This document shows positions 16,431-26,461 of a DNA stretch of 53,592 bases, piece by piece. A program made the position numbers and the translations under genes. The notes below the pieces were generated by a model that was given only the letters and a program-made list of their open reading frames with translations, ran no database searches and was not told the DNA's origin. The stretch is from contig DASCOB010000158.1 in assembly GCA_036011785.1 (NCBI GenBank), forward strand, positions 1 through 53,592, given 5' to 3'. Numbering within the stretch: the first letter of the stretch is position 1; every line of letters begins with the position of its first letter. Source of the stretch: Anaerolineales bacterium (lineage in GTDB: Bacteria; Chloroflexota; Anaerolineae; Anaerolineales; UBA11657).

Positions 16431-17969
16431 TTAGCGGGGCCGTGAAATTTGATTGTTGTGGACGCAGGCACATGCGGTCAGGCTCCTCCCGCTGCTGCGT
16501 TCGACCAATTTGCCGTGATAAGCGCGGTGTTCGCCCAGCACCTCCCAGTCGCTGAGCACATAAGCGGGCGGCCCTCCGGCCGGCATCCACTCGCCGTTGT
16601 ATTTGCGCGCAAGGTGCAGGTGTGTGCCCGTGGTCTCCAGTCCACCATCGCAGGAGGGTTGGCCCAGCCGTTCCCCGACCTGCACGCGCTGGCCAACGCG
16701 CAGTTTGAATCGGTCCGTATGCAAATGCACGTACACGAGTGTCCATCCGGCTAGTTCGGTCTCAGCTTCGCCAATGGTGTGGGCCAGCAGACCGATGTCG
16801 CTGCGGGTGATGATTCCGTCAGCGGGCGCGACCACCCAGTCGTCGCTTTCCACGCAACCCGAAGTGGGCAGCTGCGGGGCGAAGTCGATGGCAGCCCACG
16901 GGGCGGAATCGCGCCAGCCGTTATGTGGGCCGCCAGTGAAGTTCCAGATCACTCCCGGCTCGAAAGGCAGCTCCAGCGCGGGCTGGGTCAGACCCGGCTC
17001 GATTATCGCAACCTTGTAGTCAAACGGGTCCCCGAAAAGCTGCCGATATGTGGCGGCAAAACCGTCGGGCGCAACTATCTCTTCAAAAAGCGCTGCCGAA
17101 TAAAGCTGCGCGAAAAACGCGTAAACAGCTACCGTGCCGGCGTTCAGACGCGGGTCGAGCGGATAGGTTTCGCCGTTCGCGAGCGTCAGTTCTGAAAGAT
17201 GGCCGTGCCGCCAGCCGTAGTAGCCCGCGTTGAGCTGTTCGGCCGCCCACATAAGCTGATTCGGCAGTTTGGCAAATTTCCACTTCTGCACGTTCAGCGG
17301 ATACTTAGCTATGTCCTCAGATTCGGTGTCGCCGGTGACAAGGCCGCTTTGATATTCTATTAACGCCAGCAGCAGGCGCGGGTTGACCGAGTACGCCGTG
17401 GCGGCGTCCTGCACCACCTTCCAACCGGGGGCGAGAGCGTCATTGCCGGCCATGACACGTGCTAGCCATCCGCCTTCATAGGCTTTCACCGTCCCGCGCA
17501 GGTCGAGGTCACGCTGCCCGGGTCCGTACACCAGTTCGCTGTCGGGGATTATCAGGAACGAGGGTGGGGTCTCGCTCATGTCAACGTCTGGAATGGTGAC
17601 GGCCGTGCCCGTTGCCAGAAAACCGACTTCCGGAAGGTCGAGGTTGGTGCGGCGAATGAGGTCGGCACCAACCTGAAAGCGGCGCGCCAGGACCGGCAGC
17701 CTGTCTCCGCTGCGTGCATAGTGCGTGGAAAGAACCTGCGGGTGATATGGCTCGAGCGTAGACGTTGCTGCCAGGGTCGGTATTTTAGGTGTTTGCGTTG
17801 GAATGGGCGTTGGCTCGCTGGCGCTGAGCACGGGCGACTGCGCGGTGATGTTCACCACCGGCGGTAACAGGGTGGGTGTAGACAGCGGAGCCGGCGTACC
17901 GGTCGGCACGCACGCCGACGCCAGCGTGGCTAAAAATGCCGCAAAGACATGAACGATCTGGAGCTTCAT
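16431..17969 (-). CDS. Secreted LysM-domain plus M23 (LytM) family peptidase
   Basis: Start taken at MKLQIVHVFAAFLATLASAC (signal or lipoprotein-like), ATG 17969. A LysM-like block reads YARSGDRLPVLARRFQVGADLIRRTNL....GTAVTIP. The C-terminus VYVHLH...GQPSCDGG...GTHLHLA is the M23 HxH signature. Confidence 0.7.
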   Translation of the reverse strand: MKLQIVHVFAAFLATLASACVPTGTPAPLSTPTLLPPVVNITAQSPVLSASEPTPIPTQTPKIPTLAATSTLEPYHPQVLSTHYARSGDRLPVLARRFQVGADLIRRTNLDLPEVGFLATGTAVTIPDVDMSETPPSFLIIPDSELVYGPGQRDLDLRGTVKAYEGGWLARVMAGNDALAPGWKVVQDAATAYSVNPRLLLALIEYQSGLVTGDTESEDIAKYPLNVQKWKFAKLPNQLMWAAEQLNAGYYGWRHGHLSELTLANGETYPLDPRLNAGTVAVYAFFAQLYSAALFEEIVAPDGFAATYRQLFGDPFDYKVAIIEPGLTQPALELPFEPGVIWNFTGGPHNGWRDSAPWAAIDFAPQLPTSGCVESDDWVVAPADGIITRSDIGLLAHTIGEAETELAGWTLVYVHLHTDRFKLRVGQRVQVGERLGQPSCDGGLETTGTHLHLARKYNGEWMPAGGPPAYVLSDWEVLGEHRAYHGKLVERSSGRSLTACACVHNNQISRPR

Positions 17970-18109
17970 GGATATAGTAGAACAGGCATTATACGCGATG
18001 GCGTCCGCTCCGGAAGGTTGGGGTTGTGAGCGTCCGTGCGTTGTGATATTGTTCGCGGCTGATGAGAGTGACGGCACTCTGCATACCAGAATTCCGGCTG
18101 TGGGCGGGG

Positions 18110-19591
18110 ATGTATGTGCTTCGCTCTGTGGCCTGTGTGGCGATGGGATGTCTTCCGCTGGGAACAGTCGCTGCCGGTGAACCTGACCCCGACCATCGCT
18201 TTGGGGCGGTTGAAGCGTATCAGCGACCACAAGCCGCTGTGGAGCTGGGCGTGGGCTGGGATCGGCTAATCATCGAGTGGTTCCGCGTGCAGCCGCTAGG
18301 GCCGCAGCACTGGCTGCCAGTCTTCCCACACGGTCTGCATAGCCGCACCGCACCCGACAATCGCACTTACACTAACCACATCACTCATCCCCTATCGCAA
18401 GACGATTGGGCGGCCAGCGCCCGGGCGGGCGGCCGGGAGGTCGCCGCGCTCCTGATGGGAACACCGGGATGGGCGACAGAGGGCGTTCCGGTGCGCGGGG
18501 TGCCGTCCGGGCTATACCTTCCGGTGCAGCATCCTGAGAACCACTGGGCGAATTTCGTGCGGCGCATGGTGGGCGAGCATGGCGGGCACATCAAGCACTG
18601 GATAATATGGAATGAACCCGACATCGGGCCCGACCACCCGGGCGCGCAGTTTGATGGCGCGGTGGAGGACTATTACCGGCTGGTTAAAGTGGCCGCTCTG
18701 GCAGCACGGGAAGTCGATCCGGAGGCGGTGATACACCTTGGCGCGCTCACTTTCTGGCATGACGTGGTCTATGGGCGCGAGCCATATTTGCGGCGGTTGT
18801 TGCAGGTCGCTATGCAGGATGAAAACGCCGCAGAGCACGGTTATTTCTTTGATGTGGCTACCGTGCACGTCTATTTCAATGCAGAGAGCGTGCACACCAT
18901 CATCACACGGCAGCACGAAATCCTGCGCGAGTTCGGGCTGCAGAAACCGGTGTGGATGAACGAGACCAACGCTGCTCCGATGGATGACCCATTCCACCCG
19001 TGGAACGACCCGCTCGTTGCGGTGACGCTGCGGCAACAGGCGTCGTTTGTCATTCAATCCACAGCACTTGCGTTCGCGGCCGGGGCCGAGCGTATGGCGG
19101 TATACAAACTGTTCGACCACGTTGCCCCGGTGCACGGCTTAGAATCCTACGGATTGATTCGCAGCGATGGCTCGCTGCGCCCGGCGGCGACGGCCTATCG
19201 AGTGGCCGTCGAGCAGTTGTCCGGTTTCCGGAGCGTGCGGCACGTTGCCCGTCCGACGCACCATCTGGTGACTTTTGTGGGCGTATCCGCTGTTACGCAC
19301 GTTGTCTGGGCGCGGGAGGCTGAGCCAGTGACTGTGCGCGTGGCCGCGAATCCTGGTACTGCGGACGCAATCTTGGTGGACCAGCGTGGCACGGTGACGC
19401 ACCTCGTGCCGAAGGACGGTGAGTACCGCTTTGTATTGCCCGCAGCGCACTGTTTAGAAGATGGCGGAGAATGCGTCATCGGGGGTGAGCCACAGATGCT
19501 GGTAGAGCACCTGAAATGCGATCCGGCACGGCTGGAACATCAGCGCAAGTGCGTGCTCTGGCTGGCTGCCGGGGCAGGGCGCGCGGGATGA
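18110..19591 (+). CDS. Putative clan GH-A glycoside hydrolase (secreted)
   Basis: ORF 18062..19591. Signal-like N-terminus from ATG 18110. HWIIWNEPD (acid/base NEP) and VWMNETN (nucleophile Glu) are spaced as in (beta/alpha)8 GH5/GH39-type enzymes. The family assignment is tentative. Confidence 0.5.
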   Translation: MYVLRSVACVAMGCLPLGTVAAGEPDPDHRFGAVEAYQRPQAAVELGVGWDRLIIEWFRVQPLGPQHWLPVFPHGLHSRTAPDNRTYTNHITHPLSQDDWAASARAGGREVAALLMGTPGWATEGVPVRGVPSGLYLPVQHPENHWANFVRRMVGEHGGHIKHWIIWNEPDIGPDHPGAQFDGAVEDYYRLVKVAALAAREVDPEAVIHLGALTFWHDVVYGREPYLRRLLQVAMQDENAAEHGYFFDVATVHVYFNAESVHTIITRQHEILREFGLQKPVWMNETNAAPMDDPFHPWNDPLVAVTLRQQASFVIQSTALAFAAGAERMAVYKLFDHVAPVHGLESYGLIRSDGSLRPAATAYRVAVEQLSGFRSVRHVARPTHHLVTFVGVSAVTHVVWAREAEPVTVRVAANPGTADAILVDQRGTVTHLVPKDGEYRFVLPAAHCLEDGGECVIGGEPQMLVEHLKCDPARLEHQRKCVLWLAAGAGRAG

Positions 19592-19595
19592 CTAC

Positions 19596-19624
19596 TTGAC
19601 GTAATCTCCCGGACAACGTATAAT
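19596..19624 (+). promoter_or_regulatory. Consensus-like sigma70 promoter of the dtxR-feoA/feoB operon
   Basis: TTGACG (19596-19601), 17 nt spacer, TATAAT (19619-19624). Confidence 0.55.
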
Positions 19625-19627
19625 GAA

Positions 19628-19653
19628 TTAGGGTGGCCTAAAAATATTTTTAG
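19628..19653 (+). promoter_or_regulatory. Candidate DtxR/IdeR-type operator overlapping the transcription start
   Basis: TTAGGGTGGCCTAA (19628-19641) matches 12 of the first 14 positions of the DtxR/IdeR box TTAGGTTAGCCTAACCTAA. It overlaps a perfect 16-bp palindrome, CTAAAAATATTTTTAG (19638-19653). Confidence 0.45.
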
Positions 19654-19677
19654 ACGAATATTAATGAGAGTGACATC

Positions 19678-20694
19678 ATGCCCAATCCGCTGCTAGCGCT
19701 GGCGTGGGCCGGGCTGACCACAGTGCTGACGTTGCTTATTTTTCGACCGGAAAATGGTCTCTTCTGGCGCTGGAAGCGCACCCGCCAACTGACTGAACGC
19801 GTGCTCAGCGAGGATGCGCTGAAGCACCTGCACAAATGCGAGCTGCGCGATGACCGCGCCACGCTGGTTAGTATCACCGGGGCGCTCGGCATCAGTGGCA
19901 ACCGGGCGGCCGCTCTGCTGGCGAAGATGGCTGACCACCGCCTGCTGCGTGTAGATGGCGATGCATTCGAGCTCACGGCGCGCGGGCGCGATTCCGCACT
20001 GCACATTCTGCGTGCCCATCGGTTGTGGGAACGTTATCTGGCGGAGGAAACCGGATATGTTGAAGCGGAGTGGCACGACCGCGCCGAGCGGCGTGAGCAT
20101 CGTATTTCTACCAACGAGGCTGACAATCTCTCCGCGCTGCTGGGTAATCCCACTCACGACCCGCATGGCGACCCCATTCCCAGCGCCAGCGGCGCGCTCG
20201 TCTATCATGGCGGGCAGCCGCTCTCCAATCAGATCGTCGGGCAGCGCTTGCGTGTGGTGCATCTGGAGGACGAGCCAGAGGCGGTGTACGCGCAACTGGT
20301 CGCTCTCGGTCTGCATCCAGGTGTGGAGTTGCAACTGCTGGAGAGCGGGCCGACCCGCATCCGCCTGTGGGCCGCCGGGGATGAACATGTAATCGCACCG
20401 GTGTTGGCCACGAATATCTCTGTGCTGCCGGTCGCGCCAGAACAGGCGGACATGCATGGTGGCCAGCCGCTGGCACACCTGTACCACGGCCAGAGCGGAC
20501 GCGTGCTCGGAATATCACGCAAATGCCGCGGATTGGAGCGGCGGCGCCTGCTGGATTTGGGCGTGTTGCCCGGCACAGTTATAACTGCTGAAATGCGTAG
20601 CCCGAGCGGGGATCCGACTGCCTACCGCATACGTGATGCGGTTATCGGCCTACGTTCAGAGCAGGCGCACATGATAGATGTGGCCCCCATCTGA
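19678..20694 (+). CDS. DtxR/MntR-family metal-dependent regulator fused to FeoA/SH3-like domains, with a hydrophobic N-terminal segment
   Basis: 338 aa. Winged-helix and dimerisation region: [28 protein letters not shown]...[12 protein letters not shown]. Two FeoA-like blocks: [25 protein letters not shown] and GQSGRVLGI...[16 protein letters not shown]-terminus: [18 protein letters not shown]. Confidence 0.7.
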   Translation: MPNPLLALAWAGLTTVLTLLIFRPENGLFWRWKRTRQLTERVLSEDALKHLHKCELRDDRATLVSITGALGISGNRAAALLAKMADHRLLRVDGDAFELTARGRDSALHILRAHRLWERYLAEETGYVEAEWHDRAERREHRISTNEADNLSALLGNPTHDPHGDPIPSASGALVYHGGQPLSNQIVGQRLRVVHLEDEPEAVYAQLVALGLHPGVELQLLESGPTRIRLWAAGDEHVIAPVLATNISVLPVAPEQADMHGGQPLAHLYHGQSGRVLGISRKCRGLERRRLLDLGVLPGTVITAEMRSPSGDPTAYRIRDAVIGLRSEQAHMIDVAPI

Positions 20695-20720
20695 TTTCAA
20701 TAGCGAGGATTCAAAGAGGA

Positions 20721-21506
20721 ATGACCTTTGAGATTGAAACCCCAAACGCCGAGGCCTGTGCCAATTGCCCGGCACACAACGCCAACCACTTGCTCAAGCT
20801 GGGAGTGGATATGGAGGACTGGGACTTCGTCGTGGCGCTGGCCGGAAACCCGAATACCGGCAAGAGCACGGTGTTCAATGCGCTCACTGGGCTGCGGCAG
20901 CACACCGGCAACTGGCCCGGCAAAACTGTCACGCGCGCGGAAGGCGGTTTTGATTTTGACGGGCAGCGCTTCAAATTAGTCGACCTTCCCGGTACGTACT
21001 CTCTCCTTTCCACCACTCTGGATGAGGAGATCGCTCGCGATTTCATCCTTTTTGGGCGTCCGGATGTGACCGTGGTGGTTGTGGACGCCACCCGCCTTGA
21101 GCGCAACCTTAATCTGGTGCTGCAGGTGCTGGAAATCACAGACCGCGCGATTGTCTGCCTGAATCTGATGGACGAAGCTCGCCGACACGGGCTGCAGGTA
21201 GATGAGCGCCGGCTGGCGCGGGACCTCGGCATTCCGGTGGTTCCTACCGCCGCGCGCTATGGCGAGGGGTTATCAGATTTGCTACCCGCCATCAGCCAGG
21301 TTGCATCCGGGCAGCTGCGCTGTTGCCCACATCGCGTGCGTAGCCAGTCATCTGATCTGAGCGGCGCCGTGCGGCAACTCACCGCGCAGATTGAAGCAGT
21401 CTTCCCGGGGTTGCCAAACGCGCGCTGGGTGGCGCTGCGCCTGTTAGACGGCGACGGGTGTGTCGCCACGGCATTGCGCAAAGGCGAGCTGGGAGCGCTG
21501 GCATGA
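20721..21506 (+). CDS. feoB: FeoB N-terminal part (G-domain plus part of the helical domain)
   Basis: 261 aa. G1 is [21 protein letters not shown]3 is DLPGTYSL and G4 is LNLMDE. It ends inside the helical domain. Confidence 0.8.
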   Translation: MTFEIETPNAEACANCPAHNANHLLKLGVDMEDWDFVVALAGNPNTGKSTVFNALTGLRQHTGNWPGKTVTRAEGGFDFDGQRFKLVDLPGTYSLLSTTLDEEIARDFILFGRPDVTVVVVDATRLERNLNLVLQVLEITDRAIVCLNLMDEARRHGLQVDERRLARDLGIPVVPTAARYGEGLSDLLPAISQVASGQLRCCPHRVRSQSSDLSGAVRQLTAQIEAVFPGLPNARWVALRLLDGDGCVATALRKGELGALA

Positions 21507-21531
21507 CGATGGGGCGGGAATGGAGAAAGCG

Positions 21532-22962
21532 ATGAGCGAGAATAACCTGGAAGCGGTACTGGCAAACGCCGAGACGCTGCGTTGGCAGGTGGGTTCCGAT
21601 TTCCACGAGAGACTAGTGGAGGCCATATACGCTGACGCGGCGCGTATTGCCGACCGCGCCGTCACGCGCCCGCAGCAGCGTCCGCGTTTCGACCTGGACC
21701 GCACCCTCGACCGATTGGTGACCAGTCGCGCCTTCGGGTTCCCGCTGATGCTGCTGATGCTGACAGTGGTCTTCTGGGTGACCATTGCCGGTGCGAACGT
21801 GCCTTCCAGCATGTTGGCCACGCTGTTGCTGGACAAGCTGCATCCGCTGCTGAAGACTGGCGTGGCATCCATCGGCGTGCCCTGGTGGCTAGATGGATTC
21901 CTGATTGACGGCGTTTATCTTGCTATGGGATGGGTGATGAGCGTGATGCTGCCGCCTATGGCGATCTTTTTCCCACTGTTCACGCTGCTGGAAGATTTCG
22001 GCTATTTGCCGCGCGTGGCCTTCAACCTCGACAACATTTTTCGCAAATCCGGCGCGCATGGCAAGCAGGCGCTCAGCATGGCCATGGGGTGGGGATGCAA
22101 CGCTGCCGGGGTTATCGCAGCGCGAATTATCGACAGTCCGCGCGAACGCCTGATTGCGATTATCACCAACAACTTTGCACTGTGCAACGGGCGCTGGCCG
22201 ACGCAGATTCTGGTGGCCACGGTGTTTGTAGGCACGTTGGTCCCGGCGCATCTGGGCGGGCTAATCTCCGCGCTGGCGGTTGTGGCCATCGCCGTGTTGG
22301 GCGTCGGGTTAACGTTTGCGGTATCGTGGGGGCTTTCACGCACCGTGCTCAAAGGGGAGGTTTCCACCTTCAGCTTGGAATTGCCGCCCTATCGCCCGCC
22401 GCGCATCTGGCAGACCATCTACACATCTATCATCGACCGCACGATGTTTGTGCTCTGGCGCGCGATTCTGTGGGCCGCGCCGGCCGGCGCGCTCATCTGG
22501 ATCAGTTCCAATTGGTTTATCGGTGAACTGAGTCTGGCGGAACATCTTGTCACCGTGCTTGATCCGTTCGGGCTGCTGCTGGGGTTAAACGGCGTGATTC
22601 TAATGGCCTATATTCTGGCCATTCCGGCGAACGAAATCGTCATCCCCACGATTCTGATGTTGACGGTGCTCTCGGCGCGCATGGCTTCTGTGGGCGCAGG
22701 TGCCGGGGTGATGTTCGAACTCGACTCGTTCGGCGGCACGCTGGCGGTGTTCAACGAGGGCGGATGGACGCTGCTGACGGCGATAAACCTGATGCTCTTC
22801 AGCCTGATTCATAACCCATGCAGCACCACCATCCACACCATCTACAAAGAGACCGGCAGCGCGAAGTGGACCCTGGTCTCGGCGCTGCTGCCGGTTGCCA
22901 TGGGGCTGGCGGCAACTTTTCTCGTCGCGCAGTTGTGGCGGCTGTTCGGCGGCGAGGGCTAG
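21532..22962 (+). CDS. feoB: FeoB C-terminal part (rest of the helical domain plus the membrane permease domains)
   Basis: ORF 21460..22962 lies in the +1 frame relative to the G-domain ORF, with a 47-nt overlap. An internal ATG at 21532 follows GGAGAA. It is polytopic, with [26 protein letters not shown] and gate-motif-like regions. Confidence 0.75.
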   Translation: MSENNLEAVLANAETLRWQVGSDFHERLVEAIYADAARIADRAVTRPQQRPRFDLDRTLDRLVTSRAFGFPLMLLMLTVVFWVTIAGANVPSSMLATLLLDKLHPLLKTGVASIGVPWWLDGFLIDGVYLAMGWVMSVMLPPMAIFFPLFTLLEDFGYLPRVAFNLDNIFRKSGAHGKQALSMAMGWGCNAAGVIAARIIDSPRERLIAIITNNFALCNGRWPTQILVATVFVGTLVPAHLGGLISALAVVAIAVLGVGLTFAVSWGLSRTVLKGEVSTFSLELPPYRPPRIWQTIYTSIIDRTMFVLWRAILWAAPAGALIWISSNWFIGELSLAEHLVTVLDPFGLLLGLNGVILMAYILAIPANEIVIPTILMLTVLSARMASVGAGAGVMFELDSFGGTLAVFNEGGWTLLTAINLMLFSLIHNPCSTTIHTIYKETGSAKWTLVSALLPVAMGLAATFLVAQLWRLFGGEG

Positions 22963-22984
22963 GGCGCTCGCAGGTCGGCGCGGC

Positions 22985-23413
22985 TCATTCTCCCATCACC
23001 TGCGCCACCAGTTCACGCTGGCGCGGACGATTGTCGAAATCGACGAAGATAATTTGCTGCCATGTTCCCAGCGTTAATTCCCCCGACACAAAAGGCACGT
23101 TGAGCGAGGGGCCGAGCAGCGCGGCGCGCGCGTGGGCGTGGCCGTTGCCGTCTCCCCAGCGGGCGTTGTGGGCGTAGTCACGTGCCGGGTCGGCAATCTC
23201 ATCGAATAGCTGCCGTAAATCTTGCAGGCAACCGTCCTCGAATTCAATCGTGGTGAGAGCGGAGGTGGAGGAGGGGCAAAAAACCGTCACTGTTCCGTTC
23301 TGCAGGCCGGTGTCGCGCACCAACTGCGCCACGCGGTTGGTGATGTCGTGCGCGTCTGTGTGGCCCTGCGTGTGCAGGTTGATGGTGTCGGTGGTTACGC
23401 TCATTGGCGGCAC
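22985..23413 (-). CDS. yjbQ: YjbQ/UPF0047 family protein (secondary thiamine-phosphate synthase-like)
   Basis: 142 aa. TVFCPSSTSALTTIEFEDG...DGNGHAHARAALLGPS...GTWQQI is the canonical YjbQ pattern. Confidence 0.8.
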   Translation of the reverse strand: MPPMSVTTDTINLHTQGHTDAHDITNRVAQLVRDTGLQNGTVTVFCPSSTSALTTIEFEDGCLQDLRQLFDEIADPARDYAHNARWGDGNGHAHARAALLGPSLNVPFVSGELTLGTWQQIIFVDFDNRPRQRELVAQVMGE

Positions 23414-23461
23414 TCTCGAATAAAGCGCAGTTTATCATAAGTGCGCGTTCTCTACCGGGCC

Positions 23462-23490
23462 TTGCTGATATTGTCGGCACGCTCTAGAAT
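23462..23490 (+). promoter_or_regulatory. Possible promoter of the metal ATPase gene
   Basis: TTGCTG, 17 nt spacer, TAGAAT, about 70 nt upstream of the first ATG. Confidence 0.3.
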
Positions 23491-23561
23491 GGAGGACAGG
23501 TCTTTATGGGAAACTTTTTCATGTCGGCTGATATTCTTCCCGAATCGGCGCTCGCTCTGCA

Positions 23562-26006
23562 ATGCCCTCGGATGGGCGCGTGAACATGGCCGAGCAGCCG
23601 GAACCTCCCGCACCGGAGGAGAGGCAAAAAGAAGATGCGGCCTGTGCGCGCGCGATTAACACGCACGTCTCGGAGCGCAAAGGAATCGTCAATGTGCAGC
23701 TGCATCCGGACCGTGCTGCGTTCTCCATTGATTACGATCCGGCCGTAATCACGACACCGGCGGTAGAGCGCGTCGTGGAGCAGCTGGCGGAGACCGTACA
23801 GCAGCGCTTTGAGACCTGCACCATGCGCCTGGGTCCGCACGGTGGCCGCGCTTGCGAGGCGTGCGCCGCTGCGTTGGAACGCGAGGTTGGTCGCCTCACC
23901 GGAGTGCGGCGCGTCACCGCAAGTTATCTTGGCGGAGCCATGAGCATCACCTACGACCATGCGCAAACCACTCCGGCGCAGTTGCTGCGGCAGGTGCGCC
24001 GGCTCGGGGCGCCGGCGCGGCCCTCCGGGCTGACCCAGGCGCAGCGTCCATCCGTCAGGCCCGCTCGAAAGTCGGCGTTTCCGGGGCTGCGCGGCTGGCT
24101 TGACCAAGGCCGCTTGGCGATTGTACTCACTGCTATCACGTTTATCAGCATGATGCTGGCGCGCTTTGCTGCCTCCGGGAAGTTTGCAACTGCGCTTTTC
24201 GCTGTGGCCTACGTCTCCGGGAGCGCTTTTGGGTTACGGGCCGGCCTCCAGTCCCTGCGCCAGCGGGCCATCGACATCGATTTACTCATGGTGCTGGCTG
24301 CTGGTGGTGCGGCCGTTGTGGGCGCGCCGTTTGAGGGCGCCATGCTCCTATTTCTTTTTTCCGTCTCTAACGTGTTGCAGGCTTACGCCATGGACCGCAC
24401 GCGCAATGCCATCCGCGCGCTGATGAAACTACGTCCGGATCAGGCCATTGTGCGCCGCGATGGTAAAACGGTTGTGCTTCCAATAGGGCAGATTCTCATC
24501 GGAGACCGCATCGTGGTGCGCCCTGGAGACCGCATTGCGCTGGATGGAGAGGTCTTGGAGGGAGAGAGCGGCGTCGATCAGGCCTCCCTGACGGGCGAAT
24601 CTTTGCCGGTGGCCAAAGCGCCGGGGGACCCGGTTTTCGCCGGCACCATCAACCAGCATGGCAGCTTGGAGGTAAGCGTCACCCGGTTGGCGCGCGATTC
24701 GACCATCGCCCGGTTAATAAAGCTGGTGGAGGAAGCGCAGAGCAAGAAGGCGCCAACGCAGCGCTTCATCGACCGGGCGGAACAATATTACGCTGCCGGC
24801 GTGATTGGCTTCACGCTGCTCGCGATCGCCGTGCCCATACTGCTGCTAGGCGAGGCATTTCAGCCCGCTTTTTACCGCGCAATGACCCTGATGGTGGCTG
24901 CCTCGCCCTGCGCGCTGGTAATTAGCACCCCGGCGGCGGTGCTTTCGGCTATCGGGAACGGCGCGCGCCGGGGTATCCTCTTCAAGGGCGGCGTGTACAT
25001 GGAGAAGGCTGCCGGCATTCGCGTGGTGGCATTCGATAAAACGGGCACACTCACATACGGAAGACCACAAGCGACTGACGTGGTAGCCGTCCCAGCGACT
25101 GACGGCGATGATGCTCTCAGCGAACGTGAATTGCTGGCCATCGCCGCCTCCGCGGAGGCGCGCTCTGAGCATCCACTGGCCGAAGCCATCGTGCGCGCGG
25201 CTGCGGAACAGCAGGTGGCGATTTCCACTGCCATTGATTTTCGCGCCGAAGTCGGCCGTGGGGTGCGTGCGCGCGTCGGCACGGATGAAATCCGCTTGGG
25301 TAATCTGCGCTACTTTGAGGGGTTTTCCGGCGCGGGGTTGGATTGGGCCGGCAGCCAGGCCAAACGTCTGCAGCAAGAGGGAAAAACCGCGGTGACCGTG
25401 GCGCGCGTGTTGCCCGGAGGTGAGCAGGTGCGCGTGCTGGGCGTGATTGGCGTCGCGGATGTGCTCCGCGAGGACGCCAGCGAGGTTGTGCGGCGCTTGA
25501 AAGCTCAGGGAGTGGAGAAGGTGGTCATGCTGACTGGTGACGACCGGCGCGTGGCGCACGCCATCGCCGGGCAAGCTGGCGTGGACGAGTATTTTGCTGA
25601 GATGCTTCCGGAGGACAAAGTGCGTGCACTAAAGCAAATCCGAGAGCAGTTCGGCACAGTGGCCATGGTCGGGGACGGCGTCAACGATGCTCCCGCGCTG
25701 GCTTCGGCCTCTATCGGTATTGCCATGGGCGCGGCCGGCACCGACGTTGCTCTGGAGACTGCCGATGTGGTTTTGATGTCCGATGATTTGAAACGCATCC
25801 CCTACCTGATTGCGCTTAGCCGCAAGACGCGCAAGACGCTCATTGCCAACATAAGCTTCGCGCTCGCGATGATAGCCGTGCTCATTGCCGGCATTCTGGC
25901 GATAAACCTGCCGCTTCCCCTCAGCGTGCTTGGGCATGAGGGCGGGACGGTTCTGGTCTCGTTGAACGGCCTGCGCCTGCTGGCCTTTCGTGGAGGCGCA
26001 GATTGA
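23562..26006 (+). CDS. Heavy-metal-translocating P1B-type ATPase (SPC / HEGGT signature, P1B-4-like; Co/Zn/Cd-type candidate)
   Basis: 814 aa. Contains an HMA-like domain with CEAC, TGES, SPC in the TM4 region (VAASPCALV), DKTGTLT, GDGVNDAPAL and HEGGT in the last TM. The start could alternatively be ATG 23586. Confidence 0.85.
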   Translation: MPSDGRVNMAEQPEPPAPEERQKEDAACARAINTHVSERKGIVNVQLHPDRAAFSIDYDPAVITTPAVERVVEQLAETVQQRFETCTMRLGPHGGRACEACAAALEREVGRLTGVRRVTASYLGGAMSITYDHAQTTPAQLLRQVRRLGAPARPSGLTQAQRPSVRPARKSAFPGLRGWLDQGRLAIVLTAITFISMMLARFAASGKFATALFAVAYVSGSAFGLRAGLQSLRQRAIDIDLLMVLAAGGAAVVGAPFEGAMLLFLFSVSNVLQAYAMDRTRNAIRALMKLRPDQAIVRRDGKTVVLPIGQILIGDRIVVRPGDRIALDGEVLEGESGVDQASLTGESLPVAKAPGDPVFAGTINQHGSLEVSVTRLARDSTIARLIKLVEEAQSKKAPTQRFIDRAEQYYAAGVIGFTLLAIAVPILLLGEAFQPAFYRAMTLMVAASPCALVISTPAAVLSAIGNGARRGILFKGGVYMEKAAGIRVVAFDKTGTLTYGRPQATDVVAVPATDGDDALSERELLAIAASAEARSEHPLAEAIVRAAAEQQVAISTAIDFRAEVGRGVRARVGTDEIRLGNLRYFEGFSGAGLDWAGSQAKRLQQEGKTAVTVARVLPGGEQVRVLGVIGVADVLREDASEVVRRLKAQGVEKVVMLTGDDRRVAHAIAGQAGVDEYFAEMLPEDKVRALKQIREQFGTVAMVGDGVNDAPALASASIGIAMGAAGTDVALETADVVLMSDDLKRIPYLIALSRKTRKTLIANISFALAMIAVLIAGILAINLPLPLSVLGHEGGTVLVSLNGLRLLAFRGGAD

Positions 26007-26202
26007 CCGCAGGCGCCCCAGATGAGGCCAGTGCGATAGTCGGCGCTGCAATCGCGCGGGCAGGCACATTACAGCTTTCACTGTTGAGATTGGAGAAATG
26101 ACGAGAGTCACGTTATCCTGCATGATTTGACTTGTGTCTCCATCGACAATCCCTGCGATGCTTGACGGAACCTAGTATAATAAGTATGGAGGAACTCGAA
26201 GC

Positions 26203-26436
26203 ATGGCCGACAAGGAAAGCAGCACTGAACGCCAGCGGTTTCAAGAGTTCATTCCCGATCAGGCGTTGGAGCATGCGCGGACGGCATGTGTCGAAATGTG
26301 CAGGAGTATCGAAGGATTGTTGCCGCCCGAATTTGTAGCGCATCAGCGGGTAGCTCGCAAGGAAATGCTGCTGGCTGTTCGCAGCATGATTGACGCCAGT
26401 CTGGAACGAATCGAAACGGAGCAGGCGGCAGAATAG
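26203..26436 (+). CDS. Hypothetical small protein (77 aa) with a CxxxC pair
   Basis: An ORF with coding-like composition directly downstream of the ATPase. It contains ACVEMC. I recognise no family. Confidence 0.4.
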   Translation: MADKESSTERQRFQEFIPDQALEHARTACVEMCRSIEGLLPPEFVAHQRVARKEMLLAVRSMIDASLERIETEQAAE

Positions 26437-26439
26437 ACG

Positions 26440-26459
26440 CCGTCAGGGCTGCCTGACGG
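26440..26459. terminator. Hairpin between convergent genes (possible bidirectional terminator)
   Basis: CCGTCAGG-GCTG-CCTGACGG is an 8-bp perfect stem with a 4-nt loop, followed by GATTATTTA. It lies between the stop at 26436 and the stop at 26462. Confidence 0.45.
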
Positions 26460-26461
26460 GA

